A stretch of DNA of 64,000 bases from an uncultured Gammaproteobacteria bacterium (GTDB lineage: Bacteria > Pseudomonadota > Gammaproteobacteria > Steroidobacterales > Steroidobacteraceae): positions 351,343 to 415,342 of the forward strand of contig CAWDJK010000004.1 of assembly GCA_963802645.1 (NCBI GenBank), given 5' to 3'. A model generated the notes under the pieces. That model made no database searches, had not been told where the DNA came from, and worked only from the letters and a program-made list of their open reading frames with translations. Made by a program: the position numbers and the translations under genes. This document shows positions 1-8,685 of the stretch, piece after piece. Position 1 is the first letter of the stretch. Every line of letters begins with the position of its first letter.

Positions 1-29
1 GCGCCGCTGCGGCCAGCTATGCTTCTTCC

Positions 30-716
30 ATGAGTCACGCATCCAACGAGCCGCGCGCCTCGCACCCTGCGCGCTTCCTCGATCTGAGCCATCTCATCGA
101 GGACGGCATGACGACGTACCCGGGAATCCCGGCGCCGCACGTGTGCGATTTCGTGAGCCGCGAGGCCTCCCGTGAGCGCTACGCGCCCGGTACCAGCTTC
201 CAGATCGGGCGCATCGACCTCGTCGCCAACACCGGCACCTATCTCGACAGCCCGTTCCATCGCTACGCCGACGGCCGTGACGTCTCGCAGCTCAAGCTCG
301 AGGAGCTCGCGGACCTCCCCGCGATCGTGCTGCGCGGCGCGGGCGCACGGGCTCTCGATGTGCCGGCGCTGAGCGGCCTCGAGGTACGGGGCAGGGCGGT
401 GCTGGTGCACACCGGCTGGGCGCAGCACTGGCGCACCGAGCGCTATGGGCACGGGCACCCGTTCCTCACGGCCGCGGCGGCCCGGTGGCTCAAGGATCAG
501 GGGGCGCGGCTGGTCGGGATCGACTCGCTCAACATCGACGACACGGCGGACGGCGAGCGCCCGGTGCATACGACATTGCTCGGCGCGGGGATCCCGATCG
601 TCGAGCACCTGCGCGGGCTCGAGCAGCTGCCGGCCGAAGGATTCACCTTCAGCGCGGTGCCTCCCCCGGTGCGCGGGATGGGATCCTTCCCGGTGCGGGC
701 CTACGCCAGGGTGTGA
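30..716 (+). CDS. putative cyclase family protein (kynurenine formamidase-like)
   Basis: 228-aa ORF. NTGTYLDSPFH, VLVHTGW and GIDSLNID motifs resemble the metal site and core of the bacterial putative-cyclase/KynB fold. Confidence 0.6.
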   Translation: MSHASNEPRASHPARFLDLSHLIEDGMTTYPGIPAPHVCDFVSREASRERYAPGTSFQIGRIDLVANTGTYLDSPFHRYADGRDVSQLKLEELADLPAIVLRGAGARALDVPALSGLEVRGRAVLVHTGWAQHWRTERYGHGHPFLTAAAARWLKDQGARLVGIDSLNIDDTADGERPVHTTLLGAGIPIVEHLRGLEQLPAEGFTFSAVPPPVRGMGSFPVRAYARV

Positions 717-748
717 TGTCCGCTGAAATCGCTCCCTGCGATTTCGGC

Positions 749-1462
749 CTAATTCAAAAAGAACCCCATCTTGACCCCGGCGAGCTGGATGACGTCGTTG
801 TCGTTCAGCCTGGTCGCCTGGGCGCCGATGGGCGTGCCGTTGAGCAGCGGGAAGTCACCTTCCTTGCCGCTGTCGACGTGCACGATGTAGTAGGCCTCGG
901 CGCGGCGCGTGATCGCCGCCACCTGCACGCCCGGTCTGCCGAGAGTCGTGAGCGCCTTGCTGAGCTCGACCTCGCGGCCGGCAAAGGCACCCGAGAGCAC
1001 CTGCAGCTTGGCCTTCTTCACGGCCGCGGCGCCGTCGGCGAGCGCGCGCGAGCGGCCCGTGGCGGAGAGGGACGTTGATACCTTGTCGGCGCCCTCGGTC
1101 GCGGCGCGTACCTTCTCGACGGGGCGCGCGGAGGGCTGGATCACCATGGTCTTCTCGAACTCGTCCTGCGCCTCGTCGTCCTCGACGAAGCGCAGCTGGT
1201 GATGGCCGACCGTGATCACGTCGCCGTGCTGCAGCGCATGCTTCTTGATCAGCTTGCCGTTGACGTAGGTGCCGTTGGTGCTGTTCAGGTCCTCGAGGAA
1301 CGAATCGTTGAGGATGTTGATGATCAGCGAGTGGTGCCCGCTGACGGCAGCGTTGTCGATGCGGATGTCATTGTCAGGGAGACGGCCGATCGTGTACCGC
1401 TCCTTGTTCATGTTGTATTCCGCCATCACCTGGCCATCCAGGCTCAAGACCAACCTTGCCAT
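749..1462 (-). CDS. FHA domain-containing protein (N-terminal canonical FHA plus C-terminal FHA-like domain)
   Basis: 237-aa ORF. YTIGRLPDNDIRIDNAAVSGHHSLI...STNGTYVNG...GDVITVG is a textbook FHA signature. The C-terminal segment LGRPG...LLNGTPI...NDVIQLAG looks like a second FHA. Confidence 0.75.
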   Translation of the reverse strand: MARLVLSLDGQVMAEYNMNKERYTIGRLPDNDIRIDNAAVSGHHSLIINILNDSFLEDLNSTNGTYVNGKLIKKHALQHGDVITVGHHQLRFVEDDEAQDEFEKTMVIQPSARPVEKVRAATEGADKVSTSLSATGRSRALADGAAAVKKAKLQVLSGAFAGREVELSKALTTLGRPGVQVAAITRRAEAYYIVHVDSGKEGDFPLLNGTPIGAQATRLNDNDVIQLAGVKMGFFLN

Positions 1463-1485
1463 TGCTAGCCCCTATCGCGTCGTGT

Positions 1486-2310
1486 TCAGCCGAACCAAGA
1501 GAGGATCTTGTCGAAAATCTTCGTGCGTGCCGGAAACGCATCCATGATGTGCGCCATTACGACCGAGATGTTGTCCCGGCCTCCATTGTCATTGGCCAGC
1601 TGAATCAACTGTTTGGCGACCGTATCCAGATTAGCACTAAAGGTGTTTATCGTTAAATGAATATCTTCATCCTCTACCATGTCGGAGAGGCCGTCCGAGC
1701 AGAGGATGAAGAACTCGCCCCGGTTGACCGGGTGCTCCTGGATCTCCACGTCGACCTGCGGCTCCACCCCGAGCGCCCGGGTTACGTAGTTCTTGTTGGA
1801 CGCCCGCTGCGCCTCCTCGGCGGAGTAGAAGCCCCGGTCGACCAGCTCCTGCAGGAGCGAGTGATCCATGGTGACCTGCTCGATGCGGTCGCCGCGCTGG
1901 CGGTAGAGGCGCGAGTCGCCGACGTGAGCGATGGTGATCTTGTTGTCGAAGAACAGCGCCGCCACCACCGTGGTGCCCATGCCTTCGCATTGCGGCTGGG
2001 TGCGGGCGGTCTGGTAGATGATCTTGTTGGCGCGCACGATGGCATCGCGCAGGATGATGTTCGCGCGCGACAGTCCCGACTCGCGGTCCGCGATGGAGAG
2101 GTCCTCGCGCTCCACGTGCTCGCGCACCAGGTTGACGATGGTCTTCACGGCGATGCCGCTCGCCACTTCACCGGCGTTGTAGCCGCCCATGCCGTCGGCG
2201 AGCACCAGCAGGCCGATGTCCGGGTCGACCGCGATGGTGTCCTCGTTGTGCTCCCGGACCCTGCCGGTATCGGTGGCACCGACGAAACGCAGCTTGCTTC
2301 GCAAGCTCAT
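1486..2310 (-). CDS. PP2C-family Ser/Thr protein phosphatase (Stp1/PrpC-like)
   Basis: Motifs RVREHNEDT, LADGMGG, GDSRLY, LCSDGLSD and GGRDNISVV. Start placed at the internal Met (MSLRSKLRFVG) of the 302-aa ORF. Lies 24 nt downstream of the FHA gene on the same strand. Confidence 0.8.
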   Translation of the reverse strand: MSLRSKLRFVGATDTGRVREHNEDTIAVDPDIGLLVLADGMGGYNAGEVASGIAVKTIVNLVREHVEREDLSIADRESGLSRANIILRDAIVRANKIIYQTARTQPQCEGMGTTVVAALFFDNKITIAHVGDSRLYRQRGDRIEQVTMDHSLLQELVDRGFYSAEEAQRASNKNYVTRALGVEPQVDVEIQEHPVNRGEFFILCSDGLSDMVEDEDIHLTINTFSANLDTVAKQLIQLANDNGGRDNISVVMAHIMDAFPARTKIFDKILSWFG

Positions 2311-2486
2311 GCTGCGTCCTGACCTGTATGCGGCCCACTCAATGTGATTCGCGTCACTTTCCCGTCCCCGCTTCGAGCTGGCATAAGCTAGCATCGCCCG
2401 CTGCGGTGTCCCGGTGATTGGTCACAAAAGACCGCTTTCAGTGATTTCCCGGCGCGAATCCTAGCCGAAAGTAGACCGACGGCGCA

Positions 2487-3845
2487 TTGATGGCTCGTCT
2501 GAACCCGGTATTTGTCTGTGCCTCCTGCGGGGGCGAAACCCTCAAATGGCAGGGTCAGTGCCCGCTGTGCGGCGAGTGGAATTCGCTCGAGGAGCGGCGC
2601 GCGCCGCGTGGCCGGGCTTCTCCCGCCGCGGCCGCCGTCAGCCTCGTGCCCGGGGCCGCCCTGGGTGGCGGGGGCGAACGGCTCGGCAGCGGCCAGGCCG
2701 AGCTCGACCGCGTGCTGGGAGGCGGCATCGTCCCGGGCTCCGTGATCCTCCTGGGCGGCGACCCCGGAATCGGCAAATCGACGCTCTTGCTGCAGGTCGC
2801 GGCGCACGTGGCGGCCGCCCGCCCGGTGCTCTATGCGAGCGGGGAGGAGTCGGTCGCACAGGTGGGTCTGCGGGCCGGGCGCCTCGGCCTCGCCGCCGAG
2901 GGACTCGGCGTGGCCGCCGCGACCGACTGCCAGTCGATCCTGGCGCTTGCCGCAGCGCGGCAAGCGGCGCTCCTCATCGTCGACTCCATCCAGACGCTGC
3001 AGTCCTCCGTCATGCCGGCCGGCGCCGGGGCGGTCGCGCAGCTGCGCGAGTGCACCGCCGAGCTGGTGCGCTTTGCCAAGCAAGGCGGCACCGCCGTGGT
3101 GATCGTCGGGCACGTCACCAAGGAGGGCGCCATTGCGGGACCGAAGCTGCTCGAGCACCTGGTCGACACGGTGTTGTATTTCGAGAGCGAGGCCGGCAGC
3201 CGCTACCGCATCGTGCGCGCCACCAAGAACCGCTTCGGGGCGGTGAACGAGCTCGGCTTCTTCGCGATGACGGGTACGGGCTTGAAGGAAGTGAAGAACC
3301 CGGCCGCGATCTTTCTCGCGCGCGCCCCGCAGCCCGCCGCCGGCAGCATCGTCACCGTCACGCGCGACGGCGGGCGGCCGCTCCTCATCGAGCTGCAGGC
3401 GCTCGTCGATCGCATGCGCTTCGGCGCCCCGCGACGCATCGCGCAGGGGCTCGATGCCAACCGCGTGGCGATGCTGCTCGCGGTGATCAACCGCCACGCG
3501 GGACTGGCGCTGCAGGAGCACGACGTGTTCGTGAACGTCGTCGGCGGCATCCACATCGCCGAGACCGCCTGGGACTTGCCGGTCGTGATCGCGCTCGCCT
3601 CGAGCCTGAAGGACGTCGCACTGCCGCCGCACCTGGTGGCGTTCGGCGAGCTCGGGCTCACCGGCGAGGTGCGCCCGGTCCCCTATGGCGATGAGCGGTT
3701 GCGCGAGGCGCAGGCCCAGGGGTTCAAGGTCGCGCTGGTGCCGCGGGACAACGCCCCGCGCAGGGCGCCCGCCGGCATCACGGTGCACGCGGTCGGCACG
3801 GTGGCCGAGGCCCTGGCGGCGGCGTTCACGCGCGCGCCTCCCTAG
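2487..3845 (+). CDS. radA: DNA repair protein RadA
   Basis: N-terminal zinc finger CASCGG..CPLCGEWNS, Walker A GDPGIGKST, KNRFG motif and a Lon-protease-like C-terminal domain. Confidence 0.92.
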   Translation: MMARLNPVFVCASCGGETLKWQGQCPLCGEWNSLEERRAPRGRASPAAAAVSLVPGAALGGGGERLGSGQAELDRVLGGGIVPGSVILLGGDPGIGKSTLLLQVAAHVAAARPVLYASGEESVAQVGLRAGRLGLAAEGLGVAAATDCQSILALAAARQAALLIVDSIQTLQSSVMPAGAGAVAQLRECTAELVRFAKQGGTAVVIVGHVTKEGAIAGPKLLEHLVDTVLYFESEAGSRYRIVRATKNRFGAVNELGFFAMTGTGLKEVKNPAAIFLARAPQPAAGSIVTVTRDGGRPLLIELQALVDRMRFGAPRRIAQGLDANRVAMLLAVINRHAGLALQEHDVFVNVVGGIHIAETAWDLPVVIALASSLKDVALPPHLVAFGELGLTGEVRPVPYGDERLREAQAQGFKVALVPRDNAPRRAPAGITVHAVGTVAEALAAAFTRAPP

Positions 3846-5143
3846 ACTCCCGTGGCGCTTGCCACGGCCGCTTTCTCGCTGGCCGGAGCGCGCACCCGCA
3901 CGGTGCGCACCGCGTTATCGGCCATCTGCAGCACCTCGAACTCGTAGGCCCCGACCCGCACCATGGCGCCGGGATCCGGGATGGTCTCGAGATGCTCGAG
4001 CAGGAGTCCGTTCACCGTCTTCGGGCCCCCGGTCGGCAGCTGCCAGCCGAGCGCGCGGTTCAAGGCGCGGATGGTGGCGCTCGCGTTGACGATGAAGACC
4101 CCCGGCCGCTCGGTGTGCACGTCCTTGTGGGTGATGGTCGCCGGATCCGTGGTGAACTCGCCGACGATCTCCTCGAGCAGGTCCTCGAGCGTCACCAGCC
4201 CTTCGATGTCGCCGTACTCGTTCACGACGAAGGCGTGGCGGCGGCGGTGGCGCTGGAACTGGGCGAGCTGCACGTTGAGCGGCGTCCCTTCGGGGATGAA
4301 GTAGGCTTCGCGGCCGCGCGCGAGCTCGATCAAGCGCTCACGGCTGAAGGTGCCGCGCGCCAGCTCGCGGGCGACGCGCTTCATGTGCAGCAGCCCGATG
4401 AGATTGTCGAGCTCGCCGTCGTACACGGGCAGCCGTGTGTGCGGCGTCTGCCGCAGGCGCTCCAGGATATCGTCCCAGCTCGTACTCACGTCGATGCCGT
4501 TGATCTCCTGGCGCGGGATCATGATGTCGTTCACGGTGATGCGCCCGAGGTCCAGGATCGAGAGCAGCATCTGCCGGTGGCGCGCCGGAATCACCGGCGC
4601 CGCCTCGGTGACCACCGTGCGCAGTTCCTCGGCCGAGAGCGCCTGGGTCGCTCGCGAGGTACGACCGACGCCGAACAGGCGCAGGAACCCGTACGCCATA
4701 TGGTTCGTGAGCCACAGCGCCGGGCGCGCCACCTGCACCAGCACCCGGTAGATCCCGGCGGCGTGCAGCGCCACCCCTTCCGGGTTCGAGGCGGCGTAGA
4801 TCTTCGGCGCGAGCTCGCAGAAAACGATCACGACGATGGTGAGCAGCACCTCGGTCACCGGCACGGCGTAGGCGTAGCCGCTGCGCTGCGCGAGGATGGT
4901 GGCGATGGCGGATGCGAACACGCTCGCCGGGGCCAGGATGACGAGATTCGCGCCGAGCCATTCATCGGGCTTGACGAGCAGCCCCTCGAGGAGCCGGGCC
5001 GAGCGCTGTCCCGCTTCCGCCCGGTGGCGGATGCGATAGCGGTTGACCGAGAGCATGGCCGCCTCGGCCCCGGAGGAGAAGGCGGCGATCACCAGCAGCG
5101 CGAACAACGTGAGCTGCGGTACGGGGGTCGAGAGGAGGTTCAA
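3842..5143 (-). CDS. HlyC/CorC family transporter (DUF21-CBS pair-CorC_HlyC)
   Basis: 433-aa ORF with an N-terminal multi-TM DUF21, a CBS pair (ITVNDIMIPR...) and a C-terminal CorC/HlyC domain. Adjacent and divergent to ffh, as yfjD is in E. coli. Confidence 0.8.
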   Translation of the reverse strand: MNLLSTPVPQLTLFALLVIAAFSSGAEAAMLSVNRYRIRHRAEAGQRSARLLEGLLVKPDEWLGANLVILAPASVFASAIATILAQRSGYAYAVPVTEVLLTIVVIVFCELAPKIYAASNPEGVALHAAGIYRVLVQVARPALWLTNHMAYGFLRLFGVGRTSRATQALSAEELRTVVTEAAPVIPARHRQMLLSILDLGRITVNDIMIPRQEINGIDVSTSWDDILERLRQTPHTRLPVYDGELDNLIGLLHMKRVARELARGTFSRERLIELARGREAYFIPEGTPLNVQLAQFQRHRRRHAFVVNEYGDIEGLVTLEDLLEEIVGEFTTDPATITHKDVHTERPGVFIVNASATIRALNRALGWQLPTGGPKTVNGLLLEHLETIPDPGAMVRVGAYEFEVLQMADNAVRTVRVRAPASEKAAVASATGV

Positions 5144-5220
5144 TGTGGCACTCCGGTCTCAATGGCGGCGACGGCCGTGGTGACTAGCATAGCGCGCGCG
5201 AATCGGGGATCCTGACCGGC

Positions 5221-6582
5221 ATGTTCGATCAACTCACCGCGCGCCTCGGCGCGACGCTCGAGAGCCTGCGCGGCCGCGGCCGGATCACCGAGGACAACAT
5301 CGCGCAGGCGCTGCGCGACACGCGCGTGGCGCTGCTCGAGGCGGACGTGGCGCTGCCGGTGGTGAAGGGCTTCATCGAGTCGGTGAAGGCGCGCTCGCTC
5401 GGCGCCCAGGTGGCCGCGAGCCTCACTCCGGGGCAGGCCTTCATCGGCATCCTCAACGAGGAGCTCATCGCGCTCATGGGCGGCGGGGGCGCGGGCTTCA
5501 CGCTCCGGGCCGCCCCGCCGGTCGTGGTGCTGCTCGCGGGACTGCAGGGCGCCGGCAAGACCACGACCGCCGCCAAGCTGGCGCGGCGTCTCATCGAGAC
5601 CGAGCGCAAGCGCGTACTGCTCTCGAGCACCGACGTGCGCCGTCCCGCCGCGATGCTGCAGCTCGAGCGCCTCGCGGCGCAGGTGCACGCCGAGTACTTC
5701 ACGAGCGAGCCCGGCGCGACCCCGGAGGCCATCGCCGCGGCCGCCCTCACGCGGGCCCGCAACGGCGTGTTCGACGTGTTGATCGTCGACACCGCCGGGC
5801 GGTTGCACGTCGATGCCGAGCTCATGAGCGAGATGCAGCGCATCGATGCGGCCGTGGGCGCCTCGGAGCGGCTGTTCGTCGTCGATGCCATGGCCGGCCA
5901 GGACGCGGTGAACGCGGCGCGCGCCTTCGGCGCGGCGCTCGACCTGACCGGGGTGATTCTCACCAAGGCCGACGGCGATGCGCGCGGTGGCGCCGCACTG
6001 TCCGTGCGGCAGGTTACCGGTAAGCCGATCGTATTCCTGGGCGTCGGCGAGAAAACCGAGGCGCTCGAGCCCTTCGACCCGGCACGCATGGCGTCGCGCA
6101 TCCTCGGCATGGGGGACATCGTCAGCCTGGTCGAGCAGGCGCACCGGCAGGTCGACGGCGAGGAGGCCGCGCGGCTCGCCCGCAAGGTGGTGAAAGGCCA
6201 GGGGTTCAATCTCGTGGACCTCAAGGGCCAGCTCGAGCAGCTGCAGAAGATGGGCGGGGTCGAGGCGCTCATCGACAAGCTCCCGGGCGCGGTGGCGAAG
6301 AAGGCCGCGGTCTCGGCCGGGCAGGGCGCTCAGGACGTGCGCCGCCAGATCGCCATCATCAATTCCATGACTCCCCGCGAGCGGCGTAACCCCGGCATCA
6401 TCGACGGCTCGCGCCGGCGGCGGATCGCGACCGGGTCGGGGGTCCAGGTCCAGGACGTGAACCGGCTGCTGAAGCAATTCCTGCAGATGCAGCGGGTCAT
6501 GAAGAGCATGAAGGGCGGGGGGTTGCGTAAGCTCATGGGGGCCTTCAAGGGGGGGCTCCCGCCCGGCTTTCCGGGGCGCTAG
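5221..6582 (+). CDS. ffh: signal recognition particle protein Ffh
   Basis: NG domain motifs GLQGAGKTTT, DTAGRL and TKADGDARGG. Met-rich M domain at the C-terminus. Confidence 0.95.
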   Translation: MFDQLTARLGATLESLRGRGRITEDNIAQALRDTRVALLEADVALPVVKGFIESVKARSLGAQVAASLTPGQAFIGILNEELIALMGGGGAGFTLRAAPPVVVLLAGLQGAGKTTTAAKLARRLIETERKRVLLSSTDVRRPAAMLQLERLAAQVHAEYFTSEPGATPEAIAAAALTRARNGVFDVLIVDTAGRLHVDAELMSEMQRIDAAVGASERLFVVDAMAGQDAVNAARAFGAALDLTGVILTKADGDARGGAALSVRQVTGKPIVFLGVGEKTEALEPFDPARMASRILGMGDIVSLVEQAHRQVDGEEAARLARKVVKGQGFNLVDLKGQLEQLQKMGGVEALIDKLPGAVAKKAAVSAGQGAQDVRRQIAIINSMTPRERRNPGIIDGSRRRRIATGSGVQVQDVNRLLKQFLQMQRVMKSMKGGGLRKLMGAFKGGLPPGFPGR

Positions 6583-6709
6583 GGACCGCCTCGGCGGGGC
6601 CCGGAAAAACTGGCGCAGAAACGCCCGGTTGCGTAGAATCCGCGCTCTTTTTGGGCGGCCCCTTTCGGATGAGGCGGCCTATGCCCGCTTGAACGAGAGC
6701 GATACGACC

Positions 6710-6964
6710 ATGGTTACCATTCGCCTGACGCGGCGCGGGGCGCGCAATCAGCCCTTCTATCACGTCGTCGTGACCGACAGCCGCAAGCGCCAGGGTGGCC
6801 CGAGCCTCGAGCACGTCGGATACTTCAATCCGATCGCCCGCCGGAGCGAGACCAAGCTCAAGCTCGATCTGCCCCGCATCGATTACTGGATCGGCAAGGG
6901 GGCGCTGCCCTCCGACCGCGTGCGGACGCTGGTCGCCTCCTACCGCAAGCAGGCGACGGCCTGA
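6710..6964 (+). CDS. rpsP: 30S ribosomal protein S16
   Basis: MVTIRLTRRGARNQPFYHVVVTDSRKRQGG... Start set at the internal Met of the 111-aa ORF. Confidence 0.9.
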   Translation: MVTIRLTRRGARNQPFYHVVVTDSRKRQGGPSLEHVGYFNPIARRSETKLKLDLPRIDYWIGKGALPSDRVRTLVASYRKQATA

Positions 6965-7013
6965 AGCCTTAAGGCGGCCGCTGCCTGCGGGCGAGCCGTC
7001 GACGCGAGCACTC

Positions 7014-7526
7014 GTGGCCTGGATCGAGCTTGGCCGCCTGGGCGCTCCGTACGGCATCAGGGGCTGGGTCCACGTCGATTCGTATACGGATCCGCCCGAG
7101 GGCCTGCTGAAATACCGCGACTGGGTCCTGCGGCTGGCGAGCGGCGAGCGGGTCAGCCGGCGCCTCGCAGCCGGGCGCAGCCACGGCCGGGGCCTGGTGG
7201 CGCAGCTCGACGGGGCCGTGAGCCGGGACGACGCCGCGGCGCTCACGGGCGCGGTGATCGAGGTGGAGCGGGCGGCGTTGCCGCCGGCGGGTGAGCATGA
7301 GTATTACCGCGCGGACCTCGAGGGCTTCGCGGTGCGCAACCTCCAGGGCGTCGCCTTAGGGGTCGTGAGTCACTTCGTGGACGCGCCGGCGGGCACGGTG
7401 ATGGTGACGCGGGAGTCCGATGGGCGTGAGCACTGGGTGCTCGCCTCCCCAAGGCACCTGCGCACGGTGGACCTCGCGGCTCGCGCGATCGTGGTGGACT
7501 GGCCCGTGAACTGGCCTGTGGAATGA
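7014..7526 (+). CDS. rimM: ribosome maturation factor RimM
   Basis: IELGRLGAPYGIRGWVHV... motif and the rpsP-rimM-trmD-rplS operon context. The GTG start at 7014 is inferred. Confidence 0.8.
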   Translation: MAWIELGRLGAPYGIRGWVHVDSYTDPPEGLLKYRDWVLRLASGERVSRRLAAGRSHGRGLVAQLDGAVSRDDAAALTGAVIEVERAALPPAGEHEYYRADLEGFAVRNLQGVALGVVSHFVDAPAGTVMVTRESDGREHWVLASPRHLRTVDLAARAIVVDWPVNWPVE

Positions 7527-8284
7527 AGATCGAAGTGGTCACGCTGTTTCCGCGCATGATCGCGGGAGCACTGGAATACGGGATCGTGGGGCGCGCCCTG
7601 GAGCGCGGCCTGATTGCGGTGGGGACCGAGGACCCGCGGGCGCACACCCATGACGTGCACCGCACGGTGGACGACCGGCCCTACGGCGGGGGTCCCGGCA
7701 TGGTGATGAAGCCGGAACCGCTGCTCGCGGCGATCCGCGCGGCGCACGCGCGCCTGCCGGCGGGAAGCCCGCGGATCTGCCTCTCGGCGCAGGGCGAGCC
7801 CTTCGGCGAGAGCATGGCCCGCTCGCTCGCGGCACTGCCCGGCATGCTGCTGGTGGCGGGCCGTTACGAGGGGATCGACGAGCGCGTGATCGAGCTCGGC
7901 ATCGACCGCGAGCTGTCGGTGGGCGACTATGTGCTCTCCGGCGGGGAGCTGCCGGCGCTCACCGTGATCGATGCGGTGGCGCGGCTGCTGCCCGGGGTGC
8001 TGGGCGATGAGCGCTCGAGCGAGGAGGACTCGTTCGCGCAGGGGCTGCTCGACTGGCCGCACTACACGCGGCCGGAAGTGTTCGAGGGCTTAAGCGTGCC
8101 GCCGGTGCTATTGTCCGGCGACCATGCCGGCATCCGCCGCTGGCGCCTGCAGTGCGCGCTCGAGCGGACGCGGCGCCGCCGGCCCGACCTGATGGCGGCG
8201 GGGAAGCTCGCGGCCGGGGAGCCGCGTGGATTGGATCAGTTGCCGGCCGCCCGAGCGGCCGCGGAAGAGGATCGAGGTAAGTGA
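7523..8284 (+). CDS. trmD: tRNA (guanine37-N1)-methyltransferase TrmD
   Basis: 253-aa [16 protein letters not shown] and RYEGIDERV motifs, 4-nt overlap with rimM. Confidence 0.92.
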   Translation: MKIEVVTLFPRMIAGALEYGIVGRALERGLIAVGTEDPRAHTHDVHRTVDDRPYGGGPGMVMKPEPLLAAIRAAHARLPAGSPRICLSAQGEPFGESMARSLAALPGMLLVAGRYEGIDERVIELGIDRELSVGDYVLSGGELPALTVIDAVARLLPGVLGDERSSEEDSFAQGLLDWPHYTRPEVFEGLSVPPVLLSGDHAGIRRWRLQCALERTRRRRPDLMAAGKLAAGEPRGLDQLPAARAAAEEDRGK

Positions 8285-8285
8285 C

Positions 8286-8630
8286 ATGAACAAGATAATC
8301 CAGGATCTGGACAAGCGGCGCATGACGCGCAAGGTGCCCGAGTTCAAGCCGGGCGACACCGTGGTCGTGCAGGTCAAGGTGGTCGAGGGCGACCGCGAGC
8401 GTGTGCAGGCCTACGAAGGCGTCGTGATCGCGCGCAGCAACCGCGGGCTCAACTCCTCGTTCACGGTGCGCAAGATCTCCCACGGCGAGGGCGTCGAGCG
8501 CACCTTTCAGACCCACAGTCCCGCCATCAGCGACATCGTGGTGAAGCGCCGCGGCAGTGTGCGCCGCGCGAAGCTCTACTATCTGCGCGATCTCGCGGGC
8601 AAAGCGGCGCGGATCGAGGAAAAGATCTGA
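8286..8630 (+). CDS. rplS: 50S ribosomal protein L19
   Basis: [13 protein letters not shown]...[32 protein letters not shown]. Start at the internal Met. Confidence 0.92.
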   Translation: MNKIIQDLDKRRMTRKVPEFKPGDTVVVQVKVVEGDRERVQAYEGVVIARSNRGLNSSFTVRKISHGEGVERTFQTHSPAISDIVVKRRGSVRRAKLYYLRDLAGKAARIEEKI

Positions 8631-8685
8631 AGTTGCGCGCCGCGGTGGCCGGTGCGGCTGCCGATCGCGCCGGAGCGGTGAGCCG

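Noticed and set aside
2388-3788. Long antisense or off-frame ORFs (for example 2388..3788 -, 5140..6477 -, 8527..10197 -, 10546..12111 +, 23063..24793 -, 28169..29902 +, 44750..45967 +, 52042..53904 -).
   Set aside because: Each lies opposite or out of frame to a gene with unmistakable conserved protein sequence. Their translations are Arg/Ala/Gly/Pro-rich low-complexity strings typical of stop-poor shadow frames in high-GC DNA.
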